This document shows, in pieces, positions 30,510-39,822 of a stretch of 64,000 nucleotides of DNA. This stretch comes from Candidatus Kaiserbacteria bacterium (GTDB lineage: Bacteria > Patescibacteriota > Minisyncoccia > Phycocordibacterales > UBA918): assembly GCA_031430855.1 (NCBI GenBank), contig JANPCG010000015.1, forward strand, positions 68,522 through 132,521, read 5' to 3'. Each line of letters opens with the position of its first letter. Position 1 is the stretch's first letter. The translations under genes were made by a program, and so were the position numbers. The notes under the pieces are model-generated. The model worked only from the letters and a program-made list of their open reading frames with translations. It did not search any database and was not told the origin of the DNA.

Positions 30510-30745
30510 GAGTGAGAAGTGACTAATGTCACTTCTCAAGACCTTATCGCTCTTTTGAAAAAAAGCGATAAGGCTGTAATTGCATCCTAATGCAATCTGC
30601 GGAGTGATATTAAGTCATTCCTCACCCTGCTCATTTCTCACCCCTCACCTAGGGCTGAAACGTGATTAAATATCACGTTTCAGAGCTATTTGAGATAGTT
30701 TGAAGCGTGAAAACTGTCTAAAGGTATGCAGATCCTGCGAGGAAG
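30510..30745 (+). repeat. Family T copies F (30510-30596) and G (30648-30745), paralogous to the C+D pair
   Basis: GAGTGAGAAGTGACTAATGTCACTTC is identical to 17545; AAACGTGAT..ATCACGTTT and ATTTGAGATA are shared with copy D. Confidence 0.8.
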
Positions 30746-30906
30746 TTTATCCGTCTCTTCTCAACTTGATTATTTAACTACTTTAATAATGCTTTAGACA
30801 GTATTTGTGTGAACACAAAATCCTTCGTGGGGTCCATTCTGGGTGTGTGCACAAAGTCTGTGTGTAGCCGTTTTAAATGATAAACTTTGCTTAACCTTCT
30901 TTGTGT

Positions 30907-31425
30907 ATGACTTTTTTTAAACCGTTTGTTATTATCCCTACTTTTCTTATCATTGCGCCACTTTTTTTAGGTTATAGTTTTATGAGTGCCCAGGTGTGGA
31001 CCAGTCCGCTAGCAACACCGCCTGCTAATAATACGAGAGCTCCGATAAATGTGGGTATCTCTGCAACCACTTTGCAAAATGGTGCTGGGTCGCTAGTCTT
31101 TAATCGTTTCGCGGCGACAGATGCTGTATGGTCAAATTCATACTGTGATTCTCTTGGGGGTAACTGTTTCTCCCCTGCTACTGGCCCAGCTATTCCAAAT
31201 CCTACCTGCGTTAACCGATCGAGTGCAATTGGTTCAAATAGCGTAACAATTTCGTGTCTGGCGGGTGAAGTAGCAATGAGTGGTGGGTGTCTTGACACCT
31301 GTTCAGGTGTCAGGACCGGTGATTGTACGGCTAAGGCAATTAATTACTCCGTACCAACAACTAACGGATGGTCATGTACGGTAAATAATCGGGCTCAGGC
31401 CACCGTACGCTGTTGCACATTCTAA
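30907..31425 (+). CDS. Secreted Cys-rich protein, constant-N/variable-C family member 1
   Basis: AQVWTSP..PPANN..APINVG...YCDSLGGNCF; tip SCLAGEVAMSGGC...GWSC...CC. Confidence 0.8.
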   Translation: MTFFKPFVIIPTFLIIAPLFLGYSFMSAQVWTSPLATPPANNTRAPINVGISATTLQNGAGSLVFNRFAATDAVWSNSYCDSLGGNCFSPATGPAIPNPTCVNRSSAIGSNSVTISCLAGEVAMSGGCLDTCSGVRTGDCTAKAINYSVPTTNGWSCTVNNRAQATVRCCTF

Positions 31426-32011
31426 TTGCTGGACAAGATTATAGTAGTGACACTAACATGATTTCTCGCTCAGCTCTTTATCTTTGGATAAATCCGGTTC
31501 TAGTCGCGAGATGTCTTAGGTGGTGCCAGCAGTAGTGCGCGCAGACCTATTCCTAGAACGTCCAGTAATTAATCGCTCTCTTTTGACTAATGCTCGTGCG
31601 TGCGACGTGGTGGAAGATTGTCCAACTCAAAACTTTGAATTAATAAATATTGATTTTCCCGATGTATGACTTTGATAATGTGGGAATATAGCCAAGGTTG
31701 TGAGTGACAATCGAAGCGTGCGTATAGTGGTCGTCTCTACTCGTTTAGGATCTCTACCGTCACAAAAAACTGGACAGGATTGAGGACGACTGCTTTGGTG
31801 GGGTGCACATTAGTAATAGTTAATCACGTGTGTTTCTGAGTCCGAATTAGTTCATTCCGTTGAAGAATCTATAGCTTCGGGCTCAACTGATGTACCCATA
31901 ATACAATTATAAATAAAGTTTTTTAGAAAAGTGCTGTGAAAGAAGTAGGGGTTTTGTCCACAGATAGTATTGGTACCTTTAGATCTAGAATGTATAGTTA
32001 GTAGCAATGGG

Positions 32012-32040
32012 GGTGTGTTCCGAAAGGAGCACACCTTTTT
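32012..32040 (+). promoter_or_regulatory. 5' leader hairpin with U tract
   Basis: GGTGTGTTCC-GAAA-GGAGCACACC-TTTTT after a TATAGT -10 box. Confidence 0.55.
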
Positions 32041-32079
32041 GCTGTAAAATTGTTTATCTCAAGTTAATAGAGCGTTATT

Positions 32080-34122
32080 ATGAAATCATTAGCATTTATC
32101 TTAAACCCTTTGCGTCGAAACCTGAACCTCACCTTAGTAGCTGGGGCGGCAGTGTATGTAATACTACTATTGTCTCCGAGCGTCTCGTCGGCAGCTGAAC
32201 GTCAACTTGAGCGGGGGATGTATGGTGAAGATGTGCGGTCACTACAGGTACTATTAAATAGTGATGATTCAACCCAAGTTTCAGAGAGTGGGGCAGGGTC
32301 AAGAGGTAAAGAAACAACTTTCTTTGGACGCGCAACTGAGGACGCTTTGATAAGATTCCAACAGAAAAATTTATCTAATATTCTCGATGTTTCTACATTA
32401 GGAGCTGGGATTGGTGTGTATGGCCCAATTACAAAATTGTTCGTATCGGAAAGAATGCTTGTGTCGACTATTTCAGATAAATCTCGTATCGTCGCAGACA
32501 CTTTCTCAAGTCAAAATACCAGCATATTAAACACAGCAACAACAGCTACTACCCAAATGCAAAAAGCTTCACTTGAAATAGTGGGGTTGTTAGAAGGATC
32601 TGTTGTAACTGGTGAGATTGTGGTTGAAGCAGTTTTAAAGGGTTTTATAAACACAAAAATAACCCGAGTAGTGTTTCAAATAGATAACGTAGTTGTGAGA
32701 ACAGAGAAAGTTGCCCCGTATTCTCTCGGTTCAAGTAAACCTGATTTGTCTTCAATTCCTTTTAATTTTTCTGCATTTGAGGATGGAAAACACAAGCTTA
32801 TTGTCACGGTGTTTGGAGATGAAATATCTTTATCAAATCCACGTACGAATGTTGGATTACTAAGCAAAACGCTTCTTTTTAGTACGAAAAAAAGTAGTAA
32901 GAGTCCATTTATAGTTCCTGTAGTAAAGACTAGTAAAATCGAACCGGTGAAATTACCTGCTGTGCCAATGAACTCACCTATTGCTACTCAAATTAATGCA
33001 AACGCAGTGTTATGTTCTAATGAAAATACAGAATGTAAATTCTCTGGTACAAGAGAAATCCGTTACGGTATTGGGAGTAAATTTTTTACTAAAATACTTA
33101 CTAATGGAACAGCTTGCACGAACGCAGTATTTTCTGATCCGATTGTTGGGATTAAAAAGTTATGTTACGTAGTAAATGGTACTTCAGATAGTAATAATAC
33201 TAATCAACCTATCAGTGCCGACATGCAAAAAAAGCCAGATATAATTCGGTCAACAACACCAGTAACGGTTCCCGTCGTGCCAATTACTAGAGCAGTTATT
33301 ACTCCTCCTGTTACATCTGTGCCAGCGCCAGTATCTCCAACTATAATTGCGTCAACATCAGGCAACAAAAATGTAAATGTCCTTGTAAATAAAGGAGCCG
33401 CAAGCGGCAGTCTTGGATGTGAGATTATTAATCAGTACTACGTAGAAAGTAAAAAAGTAGCAAAATATAAATGGAAGAGCTTCAATGCTGAAGAAGTCAT
33501 GGTTAATGGTAAGTCAGCCTCAGTTAATTCAGGTGTCTTGCTAACGTCGGAAATTACTTTCAATGGAACCAAAGCAACTGCCTTTGAGTTAGTCGTGAGT
33601 AAGGGAAGTGAAAGTAAGACTTGTCGAGTAATAGTGCCACCACTACTAGCGAAGTGTACAGCAACATTTACTGATAATATTCTTGATAAAACTTTAGTTG
33701 ACTATAAAGTAACTTTTCCCGCAATACCGGGAGCTCCGTACCAATCCAGTATGTATAATTCTCGAGGACTTCTACTGGCAACCTACAGTTCTGGAGAATT
33801 AGTAAATGCGACGAGTGTCACCTATACAGGAAAAATACTAAAAACTGCCGTAGCTGATAAAAAAGAAGTACAGTTTTTAACGAGAATGTATTTTCCGACA
33901 AACCTGATGGCTTCCATTCTTAATAACTCAAAATGTGTCACAAAGTACACCCCAGGCGCAGTAAATACTGTGCCTACGCAAGGAAATAATGGCTCTGGCA
34001 GCGGTCAAGCCGTAACGCCAACCATCCCCCGGAGTGGCACGACACCAGCAGCACCAAGTGCGCCAAGTAGTGGTGGTAGTTTAGGATCACCGTCATTACA
34101 AAACGGTCTATTAAATTTCTAA
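32080..34122 (+). CDS. Secreted protein with peptidoglycan-binding-like domain, Ig-like domain and Cys module
   Basis: LERGMYGEDVRSLQVLLN...FGRATEDALIRFQ...GPIT; CSNENTEC...CTNAVFSDP...KLC. Confidence 0.78.
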   Translation: MKSLAFILNPLRRNLNLTLVAGAAVYVILLLSPSVSSAAERQLERGMYGEDVRSLQVLLNSDDSTQVSESGAGSRGKETTFFGRATEDALIRFQQKNLSNILDVSTLGAGIGVYGPITKLFVSERMLVSTISDKSRIVADTFSSQNTSILNTATTATTQMQKASLEIVGLLEGSVVTGEIVVEAVLKGFINTKITRVVFQIDNVVVRTEKVAPYSLGSSKPDLSSIPFNFSAFEDGKHKLIVTVFGDEISLSNPRTNVGLLSKTLLFSTKKSSKSPFIVPVVKTSKIEPVKLPAVPMNSPIATQINANAVLCSNENTECKFSGTREIRYGIGSKFFTKILTNGTACTNAVFSDPIVGIKKLCYVVNGTSDSNNTNQPISADMQKKPDIIRSTTPVTVPVVPITRAVITPPVTSVPAPVSPTIIASTSGNKNVNVLVNKGAASGSLGCEIINQYYVESKKVAKYKWKSFNAEEVMVNGKSASVNSGVLLTSEITFNGTKATAFELVVSKGSESKTCRVIVPPLLAKCTATFTDNILDKTLVDYKVTFPAIPGAPYQSSMYNSRGLLLATYSSGELVNATSVTYTGKILKTAVADKKEVQFLTRMYFPTNLMASILNNSKCVTKYTPGAVNTVPTQGNNGSGSGQAVTPTIPRSGTTPAAPSAPSSGGSLGSPSLQNGLLNF

Positions 34123-34602
34123 AATAAAGTACGAGGTACAAAAAACTCTGATATTTCAGGGTTTTTGTTAATTAAAGTGAGGTGTATAAAATTGTTTGTA
34201 TTATTGATGCTCTAATAACCATATCTTACATAAACAGTTATAAGTACATGATATATAAAAGTAATAATTAAAAATTAATTACAAGCAAATATTAAACCAA
34301 GTTCTTAAATGCTAACTCCCATGATTATAATTGTGATTTAGATAATGGTTAATCTGTAATTGTCCCACCAAAACATTATTATCGAATGAATTTATTTACT
34401 GCTAACTTAGCAAATACCCACTATCTATTTCTTGGGTTACCCGTAGAGGGTTCTCGATTGTGCTGTGGTATCGAGTTTAGATAGAGTGCTAACACATCAG
34501 CGGGAGGTAAACCTATCGGGTATATGGTGCGGGTGAGGCAGCGATTGGGGTGTCGATCAATGAGTTATTAATGTTGAGTGACGTAAAGTAATGACAGCCT
34601 GC

Positions 34603-34793
34603 TTGCTTTTTGTAAAAATTCACGTATAGTATCAGCAGCTTTTAAAGACCTACGTTCGTAGTAAAGACTCTCCGTGAATCTTTCCGAACCAATGGGCACA
34701 AACCGCGCTTTTACGTGTGGGACTTGTGTCCCGCGTTATATAGCGCGGTTTGTTGTACGGTCAAAAAGCGTTTATTCGTTAATTTCATTCATT
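34603..34793 (+). promoter_or_regulatory. Promoter and structured leader of the rplC block
   Basis: TTGCTT...TATAGT; ACAAACCGCGCT/AGCGCGGTTTGT stem. Confidence 0.5.
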
Positions 34794-35414
34794 ATGAAAT
34801 TTATAGTCGGAACCAAAGACCGTATGACGCAAGTCTTTGATGCCAGTGGTGTTTGTCACCCAGCGACAATTCTCCGGGTTGAACCGGCCGTAGTGGCGCG
34901 CATCAAGACAGTTGAATCAGATGGCTATGCTGCTGTGCAGCTCGCCTCCGGTTCACAAAAAGAATCTCGGATTGCGAAAGCCCAAAAAGGACAATTCAAT
35001 AACCCAAGTGTGGTTCGTGAATTTCGTCCGAAGGTCGCCTATAACGAAACAATTGAGGGTGTTGCCGCTGGTGACGCGCTTGATGCATCGGTATTTGCGG
35101 CTGGTGATATGGTTATCGTATCTGCCATCTCAAAAGGTAAAGGTTTCCAAGGTGTGGTGAAGCGTCACGGTTTTGCCGGCGGACGTCGCTCACACGGACA
35201 GAAACACTCAGAACGAGAACCGGGGTCAATTGGAGCAACGGGACTCAATCGTGTTATGAAGGGTATGCGAATGGCCGGACGGATGGGGGGTGACCGAATT
35301 ACGGTCAAGAATCTCGTTGTGCTCCAAGTCAACGCTGCCGAAAACCTACTGTTGATCAAAGGTGCCATTCCTGGTCGAAAGGGCACATTAGTAGAAGTAC
35401 GTGGTACTAAGTAA
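34794..35414 (+). CDS. rplC: 50S ribosomal protein L3
   Basis: SKGKGFQGVVKRH and GRMGG; ATG at 34794. Confidence 0.98.
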   Translation: MKFIVGTKDRMTQVFDASGVCHPATILRVEPAVVARIKTVESDGYAAVQLASGSQKESRIAKAQKGQFNNPSVVREFRPKVAYNETIEGVAAGDALDASVFAAGDMVIVSAISKGKGFQGVVKRHGFAGGRRSHGQKHSEREPGSIGATGLNRVMKGMRMAGRMGGDRITVKNLVVLQVNAAENLLLIKGAIPGRKGTLVEVRGTK

Positions 35415-35424
35415 GCATTATTAT

Positions 35425-36120
35425 ATGAATACAAAATTATATACGGTTACGGGTACTGAGGCAGGATCAATTGATCTGCCAGCGTCAGTATTTGACGTAG
35501 CGTGGAATGCTGACTTGGTTCACGGGGTGGTACTGATGATGCAGGCCAATGGTCGGGCTGGTACTGCCGACACGAAAGGACGCGGTGACGTACGCGGAGG
35601 TGGAAAGAAACCGTGGAAGCAAAAAGGAACCGGACGAGCCCGACATGGTTCGTCTCGAAGTCCGATCTGGGCCGGGGGAGGAGTGGCGCATGGTCCAAAG
35701 TCAGAAAAAGACTACTCAAGCAAAATCAACAAGAAAATGCGAGCTAAAGCGCTTGCAGCTGTATTTAGTAAAAAGTTTGCTGATACGGAGATGATTTTCC
35801 TCTCAGAGCTTGCAATGACTGAACCAAAAGCTGCGCTAGGAAAAACTATCATTAAAGCGATTGCTTCAGGAACTGGATATGCTGATCTCGCTACCAAGCG
35901 AAAGAACGCAGCCGTGCTTGTTCTCGGTACACGTGATGAGATGATTGAAAAAAGCTTCCGTAACTTCGGTAATATCGAAGTTATTCAAGCGAAAGATATT
36001 AATCCGGTTGATTTACTTACGTACAAATACGTAATTATGGCGAATAGTAGTGATACCCTCAAAGTCCTCGAGACCCGGGTCGCTGCCATTGCTCCAAAAA
36101 CAACCACTAACGCAAAATAG
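35425..36120 (+). CDS. rplD: 50S ribosomal protein L4
   Basis: KPWKQKGTGRARHGS. Confidence 0.98.
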   Translation: MNTKLYTVTGTEAGSIDLPASVFDVAWNADLVHGVVLMMQANGRAGTADTKGRGDVRGGGKKPWKQKGTGRARHGSSRSPIWAGGGVAHGPKSEKDYSSKINKKMRAKALAAVFSKKFADTEMIFLSELAMTEPKAALGKTIIKAIASGTGYADLATKRKNAAVLVLGTRDEMIEKSFRNFGNIEVIQAKDINPVDLLTYKYVIMANSSDTLKVLETRVAAIAPKTTTNAK

Positions 36121-36121
36121 T

Positions 36122-36496
36122 ATGGCACTCTTCAGTCGAACAAAAAAAACTGTAGAGGCAAGTGAAGGAACTACTGCAAAAGTAGTTGCGCCGACACTCG
36201 CTCGTAGTACTGATCGTAACCTCGCAAGCGTCCTCGTGAAGCCCGTGGTAACTGAAAAGGCAGTGATGCAACATGATTCCCGTGTCTATACGTTCATCGT
36301 TGCAAAAAACGCCACCAAGTTTTCAGTCAGCGACGCAGTAACTGCACTCTACAAAGTGACGCCGGTGAAAGTAAACATCGTCAATAAAAAACCAAGTAGT
36401 TCATTGTCTCGAAGTCGCGGTCGAGCGATTTCGGTTGCTGGTTATAAGAAAGCCTATGTGTACCTCAAAAAAGGAGATACCATTAATCTTGTATAA
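36122..36496 (+). CDS. rplW: 50S ribosomal protein L23 (N-terminal extension)
   Basis: PVVTEKA and KKAYVYL; synteny. Confidence 0.95.
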   Translation: MALFSRTKKTVEASEGTTAKVVAPTLARSTDRNLASVLVKPVVTEKAVMQHDSRVYTFIVAKNATKFSVSDAVTALYKVTPVKVNIVNKKPSSSLSRSRGRAISVAGYKKAYVYLKKGDTINLV

Positions 36497-36498
36497 TC

Positions 36499-37359
36499 AT
36501 GAAAAAATATAAACCAACATCAGCGGGTCGTCGTGACGGCTCAGTGATTGAATACAAGAAGAAACTTACTACCACGAAGAGTAATCCTTTGAAGTCGCTT
36601 ACGATGGGTGGTAAGAGTTCAGGTGGACGCAACAACCAGGGACGTACTACGGTCCTCAATCGAGGTGGAGGAAATAAACGTACCTACCGTTTGGTAGACT
36701 TCCGCTACGATAAGAAAAATATTCCTGCGAAAGTAGAGAGTGTTGAGTATGATCCATACCGAACCGGCTTTATAGCGCTCGTTCTTTTTGCTGACGGCGA
36801 ACGTCGCTACGTCCTTGCACCACAGAATATGGTGAAGGGTGACGAGATGATTGTTTCAGAAACTGCCAAGCCGAAAGTAGGGAACCGTTTGCCGCTCGGT
36901 AATATTCCGGTTGGTACAATGGTATTTAACGTTGAAATTAAACCTGGTGCGGGAGCGAAACTCGCTCGTTCAGCTGGTAACAACGCCGAGGTGGTAGCCC
37001 AAGATAGCGGCTACACTCTGGTTAAAATGCCTTCAACCGAAATCCGAAAAATCATCAGTACTGCCTGGGCAACCATCGGTGCTGTATCAAATGAAGAAAA
37101 TCGTTTGGTTGATTTAGGAAAAGCGGGACGTGCTCGTCATCGAGGAATTCGTCCAAAAACTCGTGGAGCCGCTAAGAACGCAGTGGACCACCCACACGGA
37201 GGAGGAGAAGGAAAGGCACCGCGAGGACACCGTCGTGCTCGTACGAAGCAGGGACGACCAGTTGGAAAGGGTCAAAAGACTCGTTCACCAAAGAAGTACA
37301 GTAACAAGTTTATTGTCACAAGACGAAAACCAGGCCGATTAATGACATCACGAAAGTAG
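36499..37359 (+). CDS. rplB: 50S ribosomal protein L2
   Basis: GRNNQGR, EYDPYR and DHPHGGGEG. Confidence 0.98.
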   Translation: MKKYKPTSAGRRDGSVIEYKKKLTTTKSNPLKSLTMGGKSSGGRNNQGRTTVLNRGGGNKRTYRLVDFRYDKKNIPAKVESVEYDPYRTGFIALVLFADGERRYVLAPQNMVKGDEMIVSETAKPKVGNRLPLGNIPVGTMVFNVEIKPGAGAKLARSAGNNAEVVAQDSGYTLVKMPSTEIRKIISTAWATIGAVSNEENRLVDLGKAGRARHRGIRPKTRGAAKNAVDHPHGGGEGKAPRGHRRARTKQGRPVGKGQKTRSPKKYSNKFIVTRRKPGRLMTSRK

Positions 37360-37365
37360 TCAAAT

Positions 37366-37440
37366 AACACAAAACACCCCCATCTGGGGGTGTTTTGTGT
37401 TTGGGTACAACTATCAGGGGTGAATATATACCGCGGTATA
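37366..37440 (+). repeat. Terminator-plus-promoter block, direct repeat copy 1
   Basis: AACACAAAACACCCCC..GGGGGTGTTTTGTGTT then TGGGTACAACTATCAGGGGTGAATATATACCGCGGTATA; near-identical to 38227-38302. Confidence 0.9.
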
Positions 37441-37448
37441 ATTATTAT

Positions 37449-38219
37449 ATGACAATTACAAAACAAGTAGCCGTTATAATTTCTATTGCGGTAATTCTAC
37501 TTGGTCTGGCTGGGTATAACTTCATGAATGCGCAAGTGTGGACTCGTCCAACATCTCAGCCGCCACAAAATAACGTTCGAGTACCTATTAACGTGGGAAT
37601 TTCGTCTACAACAATTCAAAATGCAGTAGGCTCACTCGTCTTTAATCGATTTGCAGCAACAGATGCTGTGTGGTCCAACGCATATTGTGATTCTCAGGGG
37701 CAAAACTGTCAGAATCTAGGAAGTTCAGCAACTTCAGCAATTAATTACGTGCAATATGCAAAAGACTATTGCGATTTAAATGTTCCTAATCCAGGAAGTA
37801 CAAGTCTTCACGGAGTTAAATTAGCTAAGGGCGGTTTTTATGATTTTTATGATAAAAATGGAGCAACTTCAATTTTGGAATGGACATGTAAAGGTCCGAC
37901 TTCAGAAGTAAGCTACGAGATTCAAAATGCGTGTGGTTTTAGTGTAATAAATCCGGGCAGTGTGTCTCTGAATTCCGTTAGATTAAAAAATGGAACTAAT
38001 TATGATGTGTATGATTCTAATGGAGGAACCGCGATTCTGGAGTGGAGATGTAATAGCTCTGCACCAACCTATATAAGAAATATTGAAACCGCTTGTGGTT
38101 TTAGAGTTCCAAACCCAGGGAGTATTTCTCTAAACGGGGTCGTTGACAGAAATGGTAATTTCTTTGATCTTTATGATAATAATAATGGAACCGCGCGGCT
38201 CGTGTGGAGTTGTAATTAA
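37449..38219 (+). CDS. Secreted Cys-rich protein, family member 2, with three ~48-aa C-terminal repeats
   Basis: AQVWTRP..PPQNN..PINVG..YCDSQGQNC; repeat unit C..vpNPGSxSLxxV...DxYDxNggtA.LeWxC. Confidence 0.85.
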   Translation: MTITKQVAVIISIAVILLGLAGYNFMNAQVWTRPTSQPPQNNVRVPINVGISSTTIQNAVGSLVFNRFAATDAVWSNAYCDSQGQNCQNLGSSATSAINYVQYAKDYCDLNVPNPGSTSLHGVKLAKGGFYDFYDKNGATSILEWTCKGPTSEVSYEIQNACGFSVINPGSVSLNSVRLKNGTNYDVYDSNGGTAILEWRCNSSAPTYIRNIETACGFRVPNPGSISLNGVVDRNGNFFDLYDNNNGTARLVWSCN

Positions 38220-38226
38220 ATTTGTA

Positions 38227-38302
38227 AACACAAAACACCCCCTATATGGGGGTGTTTTGTGTTTGGGTACAACTATCAAGGGTGAATATATACCGCGGTA
38301 TA
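38227..38302 (+). repeat. Terminator-plus-promoter block, direct repeat copy 2
   Basis: Differs from copy 1 only in the hairpin loop and one G/A position. Confidence 0.9.
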
Positions 38303-38324
38303 CTAATTATAGTAAGTATTTTAA

Positions 38325-39005
38325 ATGAAATTAACAAAACATTTTACAACAATAGTACCTCTTACTGTCATTTTTCTTGGCCTGGCTGGATACGGTTTTA
38401 TCAGTGCGCAGGTATGGACTAGTCCAACCGCGACTCCTCCTGCTAATAATGCTGCTGCTCCAGTAAATACTGGTTTAACTACCCAAACATAATCGGGTAA
38501 CTTTAGTGCAAACATTGTCTCCGCTGCAACCTCAACCTGGTCACCAAGATATTGTGATGCGTTGGGTGGTAACTGTTGGGACCCTACAACTGGCGCTCCT
38601 GGTGGGGGAGATACGATTATTGTTGGGGGGCAATGCTTCGAACCAGCCTGGGCGGTAACATGTAATTGGAATTGGAGTGGTGATGGAAATGACAATAGTA
38701 CATACATTCGACCATTAAGTGTTAGTCCTACTGGAGTTTGTAATTCAGTGGGAAGATCTTACCAGTACCACACCATGATTTTAGCGCAGTGCACCGCTGC
38801 ACCAGTATATGCCTGGTCAGTTGGCGCGTATGCTTGTAACGCACCGTATGCGTACTCGTGTCAAACAACTTCAGGAACCAATGTTCGTACGGTAACATGT
38901 CAAAATCAATATGGCGGTGTCGGTGCTGATAGTCTCTGTCCTAGTCCAAAGCCTACGACTGCGGGCGGATCTTGTACGAGGAATGGTGGTGGAAGTGACT
39001 GTTAA
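38325..39005 (+). pseudogene. Family member 3 with in-frame TAA at 38490-38492; C-terminal thrombospondin type-1-like module
   Basis: MKLTKHF...SAQVWTSPTATPPANNAAAPVNTGLTTQT*SGNFSAN...YCDALGGNCW, in the same frame as ORF 38562..39005. Confidence 0.85.
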
Positions 39006-39019
39006 TTAAATCATCTATC

Positions 39020-39063
39020 AAACACAAAACTCTCAGGCAACTAGCTTGAGGGTTTTGTAGTTT
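39020..39063 (+). terminator. Intrinsic terminator closing the tandem pair
   Basis: ACAAAACTCTCAGGC..GCTTGAGGGTTTTGT; begins with AAACACAAAAC like the two repeat blocks. Confidence 0.65.
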
Positions 39064-39128
39064 ATGCAAAAAAAGTTTGTAGGTAAGACTTGTCAGGGAT
39101 TTCTTTAGCGATATGATACAATTTTTGT

Positions 39129-39428
39129 ATGTTTAATTTTGTTGTAGATAAGTTACGACCAAAGTCTGAGTCAGGTAAAGTGGTGACACCAGCTGAAGCG
39201 CTTGAAAATAAATCAGTATGGAGCAGCCAGAGACTTAAAGACGGAATCCGTGACTATGAAGTGCTGATGGCGTTTATGGCTGTTGATCGTGCAGCGGGAG
39301 ATTCTCAACTTCGAGAAAAAGGTCTGGATACTATTCGAGGGATTCTCGCTAGTGAATGCAGGATGACATTTACTTCTGAAGCAGAGCTCGTGCAGTTTGT
39401 GAATGATTATAGTTTGCTTACTGAATAG
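39129..39428 (+). CDS. Hypothetical protein
   Basis: 99-aa ORF with promoter-like upstream sequence. Confidence 0.6.
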   Translation: MFNFVVDKLRPKSESGKVVTPAEALENKSVWSSQRLKDGIRDYEVLMAFMAVDRAAGDSQLREKGLDTIRGILASECRMTFTSEAELVQFVNDYSLLTE

Positions 39429-39504
39429 ATTTCAAACTCTTTTTATATATCCCTAGTATCATTCACTTGGTTCTGGTAAAAACCATGAACCATGCTGATT
39501 TTGA

Positions 39505-39822
39505 TTAAATGCCCGGCTTCTTCTCTCGTTCATTCCATTGAAATAGTTTAAGATTCTTGTTTGCTTTTAGGTTGTCAATGAGAAACTTAGTTCGTTTCGG
39601 TTCGACGACGTGGACAGCGATTTTTTGGACTCCGGTTCCAGATATAATCAGCTCAAAACCAGCCTGGGTGTAGACCACTGTTATAAATCGTGGTCCTGAT
39701 CTACGAGCATCAATGATACCCGGAGCAATCATTTTAATGCCAGATATTTTTCCGAGCACCCGCACGACTGTTTCGGCCGTCTCGGTTAGTGTTGTATGGG
39801 AACTCCCTCGTTTACGCGCCAT
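39505..39822 (-). CDS. Conserved hypothetical protein (DUF2103-like)
   Basis: GSSHTTL, IAPGII and GVQKI; overlaps the upstream gene's stop. Confidence 0.6.
   Translation of the reverse strand: MARKRGSSHTTLTETAETVVRVLGKISGIKMIAPGIIDARRSGPRFITVVYTQAGFELIISGTGVQKIAVHVVEPKRTKFLIDNLKANKNLKLFQWNEREKKPGI

Noticed and set aside
31430-31860. Non-coding stretch that may be a decayed gene
   Set aside because: No recognisable frame, motif or structure could be supported.
34140-34600. AT-rich tract followed by a G-rich segment as an origin or ncRNA
   Set aside because: No DnaA-box cluster and only one short hairpin.
37740-38219. Internal repeats as a diversity-generating retroelement TR/VR pair
   Set aside because: They are in-frame protein repeats diverged at all bases, not just adenines, and no reverse transcriptase is in the window.
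37366-38302. Spacer repeats or family H hairpins as integron attC sites
   Set aside because: No consistent RYYYAAC...GTTRRRY boundaries were found and there is no integrase.
38490-38492. Stop-codon reassignment explaining the in-frame stop
   Set aside because: The codon is TAA, the usual stop of the ribosomal genes here; all other genes read cleanly in code 11.
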